From Eledone cirrhosa (taxonomy: Eukaryota): a stretch of 64,000 nt of DNA. The notes below the pieces were generated by a model. It ran no database searches. It had not been told where the DNA came from and saw nothing but the letters and a program-made list of their open reading frames with translations. The stretch spans positions 124,434,001 through 124,498,000 of the forward strand of contig OZ024742.1 of assembly GCA_964016885.1 (NCBI GenBank), given 5' to 3'. The translations under genes were made by a program, and so were the position numbers. Numbering within the stretch: the stretch's first letter is position 1; every line of letters begins with the position of its first letter. Shown one piece after another: positions 1-14,141 of this stretch.

Positions 1-884
1 CGAGAAACTTAGTTACATTCACAATGACTCATGCCACCCACCCACTGTTTTTAGAAACTCCGTTAAGAATATCAGTACTAGAATATCAAACCTCTCCTCT
101 AATAAGGCTATCTTTGACAGGGCGGCAACCTCCTATAATACGGCGTTGGCTAACAGTGGCTTCGCACAACCTATAACCTACTCTCCCACTAGCAACAACA
201 CCATTAAGAAAAGTAAGCGCATCAATAGACAAACTATCTGGTTCTCTCCTCCATTCTCACTCAACGTTAAAACCAATGTAGGAAAAAATATCTAGCCCTC
301 TTAGATAGACACTTCCCCATAGTTCATAAATACCGCTCCATCTTTAACCGACACAAAGTTAAATTAGAATAATCCTGCGATAAGAACATGAAGGCCCACA
401 TCACCAGCTCCCTAGGAGCAACACCCCACCAGGGTGCTCTTGCTGTAAGCATGAAGCTTGCCCCCTTCAACAGCAATGCAACACACCAGCTGTAATCTAT
501 GAAGCTGTGGTCACTCCCAACCGACCAAACGAACCACAGGAGCTCAAGTCGTATGTGGGCATGGCGGAGGGCCGATTCAAGGAGCGTTTCCTGAACCATC
601 AGTCTACCTTCAGATACCTGGACAGACGTTCATCCACGAAACTCGCGAGCCACGTATGGTCCCTCAAGGACTCAAGTATAGGCTACTCCATTCAATGGAA
701 AGCCATCACTAAGTCCAAGCCATACGCAAGGTGAAATCCGACGTATGGCTTATGTATCGACGAACGAATAACTATCCTAAAGAGATTACGCAATAGTGAT
801 TGCCTAAACACGAGAGGTGAATTTTTCACACGTTGTCCACACGTTACCAAACATCTATTGCATAACTACAAGGGTTCGGACTGA
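1..884 (+). pseudogene. Penelope-like element (Naiad-like), 3' part of RT thumb plus GIY-YIG endonuclease, disrupted and cut by the window edge
   Basis: Translation gives IWFSPPFS, CSC..(5)CPLQQQC, VIYEA...YVGMAEGRFKERFLNHQSTF, TKLASHVWSLKD, GLCIDER, LNTRGEFFTRCPH. It has frameshifts and an in-frame TGA at 732-734, and the ORF ends at TGA 882-884. The motif order matches the element at 5595-7713. Confidence 0.85.
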
Positions 885-1060
885 TTCTTTGTAATTTTAT
901 TTTAAATTTTTTACATTTTATTTTCAACCTAAAAACTTTCCGGACTTTCGCAGTTATCTCTCTTACACATCCCGCACGCAGTCTAGTATTGCCTGTTTGA
1001 AGTTACCGAATTTCTGCGTATGCGCCTTCGTACGGTTGTCTTTCTGTTCCTGTAACCATA

Positions 1061-1110
1061 CATACCCCGAGCTGAAGATCCGCGAATGTGAAACAATTGT
1101 TCTCGGTATG
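1061..1110 (+). ncRNA. Type I hammerhead ribozyme (minimal) in the PLE 3' pseudo-LTR
   Basis: cata-cc-ccgag CTGAAGA tccgcgaatgt GAAA caattg TT ctcgg-tatg. Stem I is ccgag/ctcgg plus cata/tatg, stem III is palindromic ACAATTGT, stem II is weak, and the cleavage triplet is GUU. Confidence 0.65.
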
Positions 1111-1133
1111 CTGAACTAACTGTTCTGTAACCA

Positions 1134-1171
<38 letters not shown>

Positions 1172-1177
<6 letters not shown>

Positions 1178-1360
1178 CAAGTTCTAGCAAATAGAGAAAA
1201 AGTTTTTAAATAATTGGTCCCTTCTCAATAGAAATCCGCTTGGATTTTCCGTTTATTCTGGACCATGAAACTGTGGTAAAGGCACATATAGTAAGTACTG
1301 CAAATTTTTAAAAATATATTTTAAAACTTTTTCTCTATTTGCTAGACCTTGATTTTATAT
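1172..1360. repeat. Short inverted repeat (~38-bp arms) in a module bounded by (TA)n tracts
   Basis: aaaatcaagttctagcaaatagagaaaaagttttt is the near-exact reverse complement of aaaactttttctctatttgctagaccttgatttt. Confidence 0.8.
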
Positions 1361-1469
1361 GTTCTCGCTTGTTAATTTATTAACCCGCCATAGAACCACA
1401 TTGGCATACGGTTGATAATACTTGTTCCCCTACATGTATTTTTTACACGTAGGAATTTACACGTAGGAA

Positions 1470-1543
<74 letters not shown>

Positions 1544-2097
1544 TATATAATATTACAGGAGGTAAAACAAAATGTTGAATTTCGGTAATTATTTATTTCT
1601 GCAGTCACATTTAGTGCCCCCTTAGGTGCAAATCGCGTAATAGATGCATACCAACGAAAAGGAGGAAAACTCCAAGGAAACATGCAAAGGAAAACACAAT
1701 GAAAAATAAAAAGAAGATAAAATGTGTTTATGTTTTTGTTTTTAACTCACAGACGAACGAAGCAGCATGTTCCTATTTTACCTCGCCGTCTCTGAATGAA
1801 TTATCTTTTATGTTAGTTTGCTAAGCGGGTTAGGGAAAGTATAGCCTACTGCGCGAATTACTACTGCTTCTCAATGCTAATAAACTTTGGATAGTAGGCC
1901 AGAGAAGGGTGAAGAATATCGAGTCACAGAGAATTGTAAGCTGCCTGGGTTACGCTAACGTCTATAAACATACAGGCAGAATATGACAGGCAGTGGGTGG
2001 GGATTTAGAAATATATCAAGTAAAAAAATTCAGGTTTAAACTTTTAAGTTAAAGCTAGTGTTAATTTTAGGAATTGAAAATTAAAATCAAAATTAAA

Positions 2098-2344
2098 ATT
2101 AAAGTTGAATGTGTAAAAATGTTCAAAATTTAATTAAATAAGTAAAGTCCGCATAGTTGGCCTGTGAAGTATCGTATGCTAGGCCAGGCATGTCAATCTG
2201 AGGGTCCCGTGAGCGCCACATTAAAATTGAATTTGTAAAAATGTTCAAAATTTAATTAAATAAGTAGAATCCGCATAGTTGGCCTGTGAAGTATCGTATG
2301 CTAGACCAGGCATGTCAAGCTGAGGGTCCCCTGAGGCCCACATT
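2098..2344 (+). repeat. Tandem duplication of ~122 bp including the left end of the hAT MITE
   Basis: ttgaat(g/t)tgtaaaaatgttcaaaattt...caggcatgtcaa.ctgagggtccc occurs twice in tandem. Confidence 0.85.
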
Positions 2345-2498
2345 GGTCACATATTTGTTTTCTGAGGGTTACACACGACAACTAATTGCGCATATTACAA
2401 CAATTTATTAAAATGTTATATTACGAATATAAAACATGCTTGCGCTGTACAAACCTCTGTAGGTCTGCTTGTAAATGGTCGCATGTTTGACATGCCTG
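2307..2498. mobile_element. hAT (Charlie-like) MITE
   Basis: Terminal inverted repeats CAGGCATGTCAA / TTGACATGCCTG, with an 8-bp target-site duplication tgctagac (2299-2306) / tgttagac (2499-2506) resembling the hAT-Charlie NTCTAGAN preference. Confidence 0.85.
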
Positions 2499-2623
2499 TG
2501 TTAGACAATCAGCAATTAGAAAAACTATATATATATAGAGAGAGAGATTTTATGTGTGTGTGTGTTTGTATGTGTGTGTGTGTTCGTGTGTGTGCGTGTG
2601 TGTGCGTGAGTGTGAGTGTGTGT

Positions 2624-2717
<94 letters not shown>

Positions 2718-4466
2718 AACTTCAAAACAGTACACACACGTAAAAAACTTATTTTTAATTTAACTTTCTATCTAATTATTTATTTTTTGTACACAGAAAA
2801 ATATAATCGATCGTTTTACATGTTCACAGCTAATTGTCTGTATATCAGAATACAGTTACAGTCCATAGTCAACAATACTACCATACGTCGGAAACCTGAA
2901 TGTTGCATTACAAAATGTTAGTGTATGTCTTGTTTGACATTGAAATAAATACAAAGAAATATGGACAACTAACGAATATATTATGGCAGCAATGCGGAGG
3001 TGATTTGTTGTCATTGATAAACTATTGAACATATAACTAATAAACTTTAACGGAAACTTGGGAATAATCAAATCTTACCACTTCAAAAATCAATAATCAT
3101 TTCGTAAACCACGTTAATGCGAGACATGTATCAAATGTGGACTAGAAATCCCCTTTTCCGTCACTCAATCTCAAACACCTAGGAGAAACGTTAACGTAAT
3201 GTACTAAATGATATTAATTATTTTGCCAATGACACAGTTGCTAAATTACAATGTTAAGATTGAACTAATATTTCAACGCCACACAGTCTTATTTCAACTT
3301 CAGCTCTAAATAGTATTTTCCCACCTTGATTTGTGAAACTAATTAACCCTTCCAAACTGATCTAGTTAACGGTAGAAGTATATATTAGATTGGTTTCTTA
3401 TATTTACAATTAAAACACTAATTTCTATTAGCAATACAGTTAAAGGACATTGTATGCCGGTGCTTATCCATAGTATCTTTGACAGCGACTGAGAATAGAA
3501 GACTCTCCTTGGGCAGGAGTCCTGTCTGACGCAGGTTTAACTCTCCAGCAACTGCTGGTACTCACGCTAAACTCTGTGTACTGGGACAATGTGAAATAAA
3601 GTTTTTTTCATAAGAACACAACACAAACCGGTCCAGGAAACGAACCGAGGACAACACGATCGTATGTCAAGCGTACTAACTATTCTTAAAGTTCACGTAT
3701 ATCCAGCTATGAAAAATTTACTTTTTAATCCAGCTTTCTATATGTACTATATTCTTTCAAATGCTATTAAATGTTTAATGTGTATCATAAACAGATAGTT
3801 ACTCGACAAGGAACATTGTCTATACTCTCAAAATCTTTTATCTTCAATAAAAATTCCGTTTGTGGAATAAAAAGTATCTACCGAGACGATTTGTATATTA
3901 CTATTGGACAATTTGGGGGGCACATATTTGGAACGTAGCTGGCTTATAAAGCGAAAATACCTTAGTTTCTCTCCAATGTAGCGACGTTTTAATAGGATAT
4001 GTTTGATCATGATTGCCGAATTTATGAGAGAAAAAATGTTATTCATTTAAATGTATTTAAAATGAAATGGGGGTATTTGACAGCATAACATGAGAGAGGG
4101 GGGTAGCAAGAGAGAGCGGGGATAGGTTAAAGGAAAATCGAGGTTCCTACACATAGGTTTGTATTCAAGGACGAATTCAATTTTTAACTTTCTTTACTAC
4201 GAAACCTCTCATTCCGGATGACGAGTTCGTTTCCCCGATTTAATTCTGTTAATATTATTTACCTGTTTCCAATGATTGTTTTAACTGTTATAGATATCCT
4301 ACTTTGTGACATCAATGTAGAGATCTACTTTTAATATACCTTCCTCACATCACCCCCCCTCTATATCACACACACATATATATATATATATATATTATTA
4401 TATACATTTACATATATATATATATACACACACACACGTATATATATATATACACATGTATATATA

Positions 4467-4599
<133 letters not shown>

Positions 4600-4615
4600 T
4601 AAAATAACAGATTAA

Positions 4616-4666
4616 AGTTTAAGCAAATAATCGCTGCTTTCACCCTTAACGGGATCTTCTGAAACT
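4616..4666 (-). ncRNA. Hammerhead-like motif with variant core (CAGAAGA) in the 3' pseudo-LTR
   Basis: Minus strand agttt CAGAAGA t-ccc-gttaa-ggg-t GAAA gca..tgc TT aaact. All three stems form, and position U4 is A. Confidence 0.5.
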
Positions 4667-5594
4667 AACAAAGTCAATATGTAAACGCAGAACTGGATAT
4701 TTCAAAAAACGTTGCAACCGGAGGAAGACAGGAAGACGATACTTTGGTTCGTGGAAACGTTCGCTGGCAAAGAACGGGAAAAAACGAATAATACGTCTTT
4801 AATAGGAGCGGTGAAAAACAATTACGCGAAAAGACAGAACCACGTTTATGGTATAAAAGAGGTCGTAGACTAATGTTGTCTTAGGTGGTGCATAGAGACG
4901 TTCTCTGGCAATAAACGAAAAAACGAAGATAATAAGTCATATGTGGAGCGTGGAGAACAATAGCACGCAAAGACAAAACCACGTAAATGGTATAGCAGAA
5001 GTTGTAGACTAAAATTCTAACTAGGAGACCAAATGAATCTCCGCTACAGAGTTAAGAACAAAGTAAATAAATACAATACAGAAGTAATAGAAACAAATAA
5101 ATACATACACGCAAACAGATACGTACATACACAAGCATACGCAAAACATTACCATAGGTATACAAAACCACGCACATATAAATATGTGTGTGTGTGTATG
5201 CTTGTGTACAAATAAATAAATAATTATATAAACGTATATAAGTAAATAAATACGTATATAACAAGCGCACACACATACCTACAAATAAATACACGAATGT
5301 TCGGAGACGTAAGTCAACATAAACAAGAAGTACACATATACACACACCCACCATACGTACGAACCTGCATACTCACGCATACGCAAAACTCCCGTATACA
5401 CATAGCCAAACCCTAAATACCAGAATATTTAAAAAGTATACGCCATAACAGTCAAATATACGTACGAGAAGGTATACATACCTTCACAAAACATACGGGT
5501 AATATATACTTACCTATGCAAATAAGTAAAGGAATAAACAAAACATATACTTAGCTGCCACATCAAGACGTAAAATATCCACGTATAGATCGTG

Positions 5595-7713
5595 CTATCC
5601 GTTAGGGTATAACGTGGGGCTGTAATACAGGAAAGTTTTGTGCAATGTATGTATACAAGCCGAAATTGCCTCAGATTTTTTGTTTAAGATATGGTCTGCG
5701 GCGTAGAGTATTTTCAGGGCCTCAGCGGCGCAGAAGTCACATGGTCTTTTATTTCCGTTATACGATCTAGCCCTAGCTAGGATCTCCCTGTGTAACTTAT
5801 ATTGGGTGTGGTTGTCTTTTAGACTCCAGATATGAGCTGAAAGTGACGTCATATTCCTTCTTAGAAGGTAACGAAAAGAATGGGTATGCATGTAAAGACG
5901 CTGCTTGAAACTATTGGCGGTTAACCCTATGTAGGCCCTACGGGACGTGGGTGTTACAACCTTACATTTGTAGACAATGTTACTAGAGAGGCATTTCCCT
6001 GATAGGGGGCAATCAGCCCGATTCCTACAATTACAGTTAGTACTAACTACAGGGTTGCACGTGTTCCTACGGCTAGGTAGTTTAGCTAAATTTGAAGCTG
6101 TGATGTTATGTGCAAGGTTAGGAGTCGTAGAGTAAGACATTTTAATAGTATTTCTATTAAAAATGTTACTATATGTATGTGTAGGGGGAAAATGCTTCGT
6201 AATAAGGGAAAGAAAGAACTTAGCTAATGGTGTGGCCACCTCCATATTATATGGTGGGTTAAACCAACAAATGCGACGGTGTCTATTTCTTCTAGGTCTA
6301 TTTTCGTACTCTGTATGCTACCTTATCGACAAATCCACTACGAGCAAGAGCTTCATTGTAATAAGTGGAATGGTCGTTGAAAATGCGCTCGTTGGTGGAA
6401 AGACGGGGAAGCCTCAACGAAACGTTTTTTACCAGGTTCTTGGTTATGCTGGCAGGATGGTTGGAATGCTTACTTATGTAATTAAGCGTATCATTCGGCT
6501 TTCTATACGGGTAATACAACCCATTCAATAAATTGAGGGTAACGTCGAGGTAATTAACGACCGAGAGATTGGCCTCAACCTGTATAGAGAGGTTGAAGCC
6601 TTTAAAGAAGGCTGTGAGTTCTTTTCTGAACCTGTCGCAAGCACGAGGTCCGCACTTAGTCATGGTCCAAAGACCATAGTCACGGTACAAAATGTTGGGG
6701 AATTCGTCCTTGATAGAGAAAAGAAAGAAAAGGCCAATAAGATCAGTAACCTCCGCAGAGTCACTGGTGCCCATACTCACGTCGAATGGGGTACTATTGG
6801 ATTGTTTAATCTAAATAGAGTCGTCGAAATTAATCACCGACTTTCGGGCATTGAGGAACACATCAACTTCGAAATCCTTAACCACTGTGAGTGTTTTAGC
6901 GAAATTGATAGCTCTATGGAGAAGTGGTAAAGTGATTGAGGAGTAGTAATTGTTGATGTCGAATTGGATAAAACGGCAATGTTCCTTGTTACATATGCCG
7001 TTGAACCAATCAATCACCGCGAAAGAATTGTTCCACAGTGCGAGAGGGGCCAAACTTCTAATTTCAGGTATAATTCTATCAAAAATCGTTTTACTAAGTC
7101 TACGTAAATCGGATTTCGTAGGGTTAATAAGCCGAATAGAGGGGCTGTTCGGAAAATTGGATTTGTGATCCTTCAGAGTAAAGTGGGGAGAGATAGGGTC
7201 CAGAGGTTCGGTCCGGTCCAGGATGTTGAGATCAGATGTGATTTTAAACCCAGCATCGTTGATTTCATTGATCACACACCGATTAGTTTTACGGTAATCC
7301 TTAGTTACAACATTATGTAGTAGTTGATTGTAAGTACTGCGCTCCACTTGATATAGGTTGCCAGTTTTGTCGGAATGGACGTGCACGGCGTTAGAATCCT
7401 TAATAGAACGAATTCTATTCTTCAGGTCTTGCTGGAAGGAATTGCTCCTATTCCGAAATTTCATACTCCGAATGAGTTCCAAGACATCATTTTCGAAGGG
7501 TAGCAATGCTGGGTTCCACGGAGGGTTATTATAGGTTTTAAATCCAAATTTATCCTGTTTGTTGTCTGATTTTCGCGGATTATCGAAATAAAAGGCACGC
7601 CAACGCAACCTTTTAATGAACGCGTCTGTTTTCTGTATCAGGAGTTTTAGGTATGTTTTCCTGCTTGGTACGGGTATGTTCTGTGTAGAAATATTCAGAT
7701 GTTGTTTCTGCAT
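5595..7713 (-). pseudogene. PLE ORF: reverse transcriptase plus GIY-YIG endonuclease, inactivated
   Basis: N-terminal STQNIPVPS..Y..LLIQKT..FIKRLRWRA, SDKTGNLY, TLKDHK, IRLINPTKSD, FIQFDINNYYSSI, FDVSMG, LYRDYG (from LYRDDG), YLDVTLNL, WFNPPY, CNCR..CPLSGKC, IVYKC..YIGLT..FKQR. It has a TGG>TAG stop at 6811-6813 and a frameshift near 6300. The Naiad assignment is from recalled motif patterns. Confidence 0.9.
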
Positions 7714-7866
7714 GATGAATATAAGTCAGTAGAGTGCTCAAACGAAGGAGCCAAATAGTAATAATAATAAAATTGAAGACTAAAATCCAAAGAGGGCTCG
7801 ATAAGGAAAATATATATCAAATATATAAGAACCGTAGAGCAAATATTTATTAAAATAACAGATTAA

Positions 7867-7917
7867 AGTTTAAGCAAAGAATCGCTGCTTTCACCCTTAA
7901 CGGGATCTTCTGAAACT
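7867..7917 (-). ncRNA. Hammerhead-like motif with variant core (CAGAAGA) in the 5' pseudo-LTR
   Basis: Second copy of the motif at 4616-4666 with the same variant core. Confidence 0.5.
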
Positions 7918-9582
7918 AACAAAGTCAATCTTTAAACGCAGAACTGGATATTTCAAAAAAAGTTGCAACCGGAGGAAGACAGGAAGACGATACTTTGGTT
8001 CGTGGAAACGTTCGCTGGCAAAGAACGGAAAAAAAACGAATAATACGTCATTAATAGGAGCGGTAAAAACAATTACGCGCAAAGACAGAACCACGTTTAT
8101 GGTATAAAAGAGGTCGTAGACTAATGTTCTATATATACATATACATATATATATGTAAATATCTGTGCGAGCGTGTGTGTGTGCGTGTCGTGTGCGTGTG
8201 TGTGTGTGTGTATGTGTGTGTATGTGTGTGTGTTTATTGATATTTCTTGGTGTATGTGAATGTAGCATTGAATGAAATACTAGCGCTCCGAAGTTATATT
8301 GCAAGAACGAATCAAGCCTTATAGCGTAAGATTTGTTCATTTCTTACTGATTTCGAAAGGCAAACGTTGGTAAATATGAGTTTGAGCATAACACAAAATG
8401 GACTTAGAATATCTTTTGTGGAGATTTATGTACAGTGCGTTCAGTGTATTTCTCTAAAGAGGAAATATACGTTGGTAACGTATAATTGTAGTATTGCCAG
8501 ACCGTCGGACACCGTGCAACATCACATAGAGTCACGGCCTTTTACGTACTTTTTACAAATCTCTCTTAGGTTACCTTTTCCTTTCACCTTTACAGGATGC
8601 ATAAAATTAAGTTCCAGGAACGCACTGGGATCGATTTAATCGACTTTTCCGCCCGTCAAATTGTTTTCTATTGTACTAAATCAGAAATCAGTATATATAT
8701 GTAATATGTAACCTTATAGTTAAAACGTATGCCATTAAACCTAGAAAAATCACAATATAATACTTAAATCTGATTATTTGATATGAATATGGCGTTTGCT
8801 GCAATAATCGTCTCTGCGGAATTGGAGCTACACTATACGTTTCCTCTATTTCATAAATATTCAACAATTTCATATTTTTCTGTCCTTACAATACCTTTAT
8901 GCGGTAAATTGGCAGAGTCATTAGAACGTCGGAGAGTTCAGAACCCGCTGAGGTCAACTTTGCCTGCGTTCAATTCAAGATCGATAACCAGGTTTCATTC
9001 TAGTACTAGCGTCGATTATTCCTCTATAATACTTTCACGCTTCCATTCTTTCACTCCGTATCCTCCTCTGGAAGACATCTGCAAAATTCAAACCGTGGGA
9101 GATCACCTCTGCAGGATCAAACATATAACCTAAAAACGTCCTATATCAATACTGTGCCTCTATGATTAACTCAGATGTAACGATACCATGCATCTATCCA
9201 TCCAGAATACATTTGGAGAGAGGGGGTGAAATGAAAAGATTTATCCTACAATATTTATGCTTTGGTCATTGTGGAATTTAAAACATTTATCGTACAAGTT
9301 CGACTTCATATAAGGTAGTATATACATCTTTAAAGCACATAATATCAATAACCATGAATAAATGTATGAAGTAGGTCTCGTATGTTCCACATCGTTGCTA
9401 TAATAGAATTATCTCCGATGAGCTCCCAGAAGGATATGGTACGATTTGGGGTTCTAATTAAAACAAATACATTATGTTTGTATCATATCGGTTGGGATCA
9501 ATTATATATTGATATATAGAACTAAACTCTACTTAATTATATAGATATATACATACAAACACACACACATACACACACAGAG

Positions 9583-9633
<51 letters not shown>

Positions 9634-10223
9634 CATACATATATTAGTGTAAGCGAATATGAGTTTATCTGCATCAGCTTCCTAGTGTACATTACATATA
9701 ACTTAATCCATCAATATTTGAAACATAGGAGATTACGAAATATTAAATCTACATCACTTGATCTTATTTGTATGAAACGCTTATATGTATGGATTTTTAT
9801 GGAACAGTCAGTAGGTGCAACGAGATGTAATAGCCTAGTTCTATCTGTTTATTCTCTTTCATTTTAAGGATTATACTTCCATTATTCCTTATTGTTTTAC
9901 GTTCACACAAATTTCCCTCTAAATTGAGAATATACTCGTATATATTCATACACACACACCCGCACAGAGACACACACACACACACATGTATATATGCATA
10001 TATATAGATATATATATATATGATCGGTGTGGAATGCTTAAAGCGTCCGTAGGCGGTAGGCCGTTTGAGCACTCGATGCTCTTACAGAGCAAAGTATAAT
10101 CGAACCTGACTCTGAAATCGCAAGATCCTCAGATACGTCTCGATTCTACGAAGCAGAGTTTCCAAATGTCCAGTATATATATATATATATACATACATAT
10201 TTCTATATGTATATAAATATGTA

Positions 10224-10294
<71 letters not shown>

Positions 10295-10364
10295 CATTCA
10301 CACACACAAACATATATGTTTGTGAGTGTGAATATATATATATGTATGTATGTGTGTGTGTGTA

Positions 10365-10396
<32 letters not shown>

Positions 10397-10639
10397 TGTG
10401 TGTGTGCGTGTGTGTATATATATAGCTATGATGAAATATATGGAGAATAGAAATGGCTGTGTAGTTGCTACTTAAAGTAACTTAAAATGCAGTGAGAATA
10501 CGAAGAGTGCAAGAACAGGGAGGGGGGAAGATATATATATATATAGAGAGAGAGGGGTAGAGAGAGAGATGTAGAGATAGAAGATATGTATATATATTGA
10601 TAGATAGATAGATTGATGGTTATTCATTTATTATGCCTA

Positions 10640-11390
10640 AACAGGGATCTTGTTCCTCACATCACTCGAGATCACGGCCTTGAGATACTTGAAATCGTCC
10701 ACCTTCTCCATGTAGAATGCACTGTGGATGTTTCCCTTAATGGATGAGTGTTTGTCTTGGGTAATAATCGGAAGAGTACGGTGGAGAATACTAGCGGCCG
10801 AAATTGGGTTCTTCCGAACGAATTTGGGATAACATTACTCGAAAGATTCCGTAGATCAGACATGGGAGAGTCGAAAGATTCCGTAGATCGGATATGAGAG
10901 AGTCGCTCCTGGTAGAATAGATATTATGACCATGGGGTTAGAATGTCTAGGGAAAGAATCGCTGGACAGCTTTTACGGGCTAAACCAACTGGCAAAATGG
11001 CAAGGGTACACCACGCAGAAGATGGTTCCATAACGTCCAATAACTTGCTTGTTATCACGTGGCGCATTAATCCCACCATTCGTGAACACGGTCCTGAGAT
11101 TCCTAACACTCCCTATCTTCTTCAGTGGAACATCATTCACATGTATAGTGGGTTGTGGAGGCTTAATTGAGAGAAAAAGTGTCTCAGTTTTCGCATCACT
11201 AATTTTGATTCCAGACATGTAACACGTGGAATCAAGCCAATCAAGTGCAAGTCAGAGATCTCCATTTGTAGAGTTAAGTAACACTATGTCGTCTGAAAAT
11301 TACAGCCCACTGATTTCAAACCCGCCACTCATTACACAACTTCCAGCCCGGCTGTGCATATCAATAATGAACAGGAGAGGCGTCAGCATT
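10640..11390. mobile_element. Mosaic of degenerate RTE-clade LINE fragments in alternating orientation
   Basis: Minus 11010-11390: PLLFII...FSDDIVLL...GIKISDAKTE. Plus ~10750-11008: WRILAAEIGFFR, HGVRMSRERIAGQLL. Minus ~10640-10740: EKVDDFKYL.AVISSD. Confidence 0.65.
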
Positions 11391-13863
11391 TATATAAATT
11401 ATTTATATCGCAGAATTAACATTAACTCTTAACAAATAGATATCTGTACTAATGTGTAACTCAGTGCCGTTGCTAGTCAATTACATCATTCAATAAAACA
11501 AACTTTAATTATCAAATATATCTTTAAATTGAATTTTTAATGTCGGAAATAGATTACAATTAGATCAGTTAGGGGAGTAGTGTTGTTTCTGCTTGAATAT
11601 ACGTAGTTTGTCTTGGAATTGTCTTAATGTATTTTCTTTACATTTGAATGCATTTGATCGACTCAGTTGCTGAAAACTTAATATGTTATTGTTTCAGTTA
11701 GAAATACCTAATGATGCTCATATAATAAGATATGGAACGGGAATACGATTATACTCATTCATCTACAGGATTAAAATATATTTGAATATTTAGGAAATTT
11801 ACTACAGCCCTAAATGAACTAGCCTTCATTAATTTCAGAATTGATTTTCTTCTCATTCTGAATATCTGATGTGCAAAACGACCCTCTACCACCCTGTGAG
11901 GAATGAAATCCAATGACCGCTGTTAAGATATTCTTATTAAATAAATGTAGATTTTAATACAGTAAATCATACCCAAATCTTTTATATTAGAAAATAACAC
12001 ATTGAGGATTCCAGTTATCTACAAAATTGATGACATAATCTGTTTCACTATCTATCATCAGTGTAGTTTTGGAACTTAAAACATTGGAAAATACAAGAAA
12101 AATACCATATATATATATATACAGTGTGAAGCGTGAACCTAATACCAACACTGTTTGTACTGCACTCATCGTTATTGTTTTTTTTTAGGTTTTGTTCTTT
12201 TTTTAAACTTATATTTATATATACATAGATAAATTGTTATTCGGGTTTGAAAAGAGAGGAACGATAAATACATATATTTCTCGATATGTTATTCCTGTCT
12301 TGATATTGAATATATGTAAAATAGATTTAAAATTATAAATATATCCGAACGCGATGCCATAGAAAAAAAAAATAGTAATAATTGAAGTCTTGAAATTATA
12401 TAGCAGTATGATTCTTTAATAAGCTGTATACGCTATTACAATAATAATTTAAAAAAACTAGAATCCTTCACTTTTAATACTTCTTCTACTCGATATGTAG
12501 GCAATAAAATATTTGACTTTTATATTTTATGATAATAAAATAAAATAATGAAGATGTATTAAGCAGTAGTCTTAAAACTAAATATATGAATGTGTATTAT
12601 ATTAAATAAAGAACATCATAAATATTGTAGAAGATTTGTAATTTAAGTGGATTAAGAAAAAGAGGTAATTATGTTAAAAGTCTATTTCCACTCCCGTTAA
12701 TTAACTATCGTATAAAGATCAAGATATATTTAATTTAATATAATGAGTAGTTTCAAATGATATGGTTTTATCATTACATCAAGTTCTTTGAAACATTTGT
12801 TAAAGTAGATGCCTTATAGGAGAAATATGTATTTTCTTCTGCATTACATATTAAAATCTAATATTTCTATATAAATGGAATAGCTGACTTCAATATCAAC
12901 CAAATTAGCGAATTTATATTAGTGAAAAATGTATTTTGAAATGCACATCAGTACAGGTAGCTATGTTTGTTTAATGGTTGTGTGCACACATGCCTGCGAG
13001 CATATATTCGCGTGTGAATATCTATATGTGCTGAAGTATGTGTGTCAGTTTGTGTATGTGTGTGTCTGTGCGTGCGTATGTATGTATTTGTGCGTGTGCG
13101 TGTGTGTGTATGTGTGTGTGTATGTGTGTGTGTGTGTGTGAGTTAATTTATCAAATAAATCCCCGAGAAAATGAATCAACTTTATTTTGTTAATTCGCAT
13201 ATTTGATCGTTTATAAGGCAGCACGTCGGAGCATATTTTGAAAATGAAAGCTTTAGGGCTGTCAAATTTATTCCTATTGAAATGGTATAAATAAATGACT
13301 GATAAGTTAAGAGGGCCGGTAGAAAGCAGTAGGAATATATAAAGGGCAAAGGATGACAAATAAAATAAAACAAAGTAACGTTATTCCCATTATATTTCAA
13401 CAAGATATTGCAGGGCTAATACTTTCTTTTAAAATGGGAAAGGATAAGATTCAAAACAAAAACGAACTACCTCGCAACAGATCTTTGCTTGTTTTTCTGA
13501 TAATTTGAGCATTGTCAGCATGATAATATAGTCAGCCTGGTTCAGGTATGATGAGAATAACATTTGGATCATCTCAGTATGAACGTCAATATCTAAAGAA
13601 ATTCATTCCTGGATACCGCTTCAGATTTTGTATTTGTTATCAAGCACTACAAGAGCATTGAAGCAACGTATGTATGATCAGAATCATTCTAGCCATTACC
13701 ATGCCATGAGAAGACCAGGCACAGTGCAGTCATGATCACACATATACCTATAGTTTGAATTGGATGGTATAACGAATAGGTAGCTCTAATACTTCAGATT
13801 ATCACAAAAGCACTCGACGTTGTGCGTATCGCCATCCTTGTATTTTCATTGAAGTATATATAC

Positions 13864-13931
<68 letters not shown>

Positions 13932-14049
13932 TTCAATGAAATATGTGTAATTGCGAAAGTATGTGTGTGTGTATGTATGTGTGTGGGTATAAACACACAC
14001 GCATACACACACACACCCACATACGAACACACACACACACACACACACA

Positions 14050-14141
<92 letters not shown>

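Noticed and set aside
732-734. In-frame TGA in a Naiad-like GIY-YIG domain as possible selenocysteine (some Naiads encode selenoproteins)
   Set aside because: Against the paralog at 5595-6245 (YNGNKRPCDFC) the TGA falls four residues before the first Cys of CxxC, not on a conserved Cys. The copy has other stops and frameshifts, and the second Naiad-like ORF uses TGY at all Cys positions.
2525-2921. Many 60-170 aa ORFs such as HTHTHT, CVCVCV, IYIYIY and poly-V/L/T/S/E throughout the window
   Set aside because: They are translations of (CA)n, (TA)n, (TAG)n and (GAA)n microsatellites, not genes.
9411-9486. Possible HHR remnant (CCGATGA gctccc..ggggtt..AAAA caaa..tttg TA)
   Set aside because: It has two core substitutions and no stem I.
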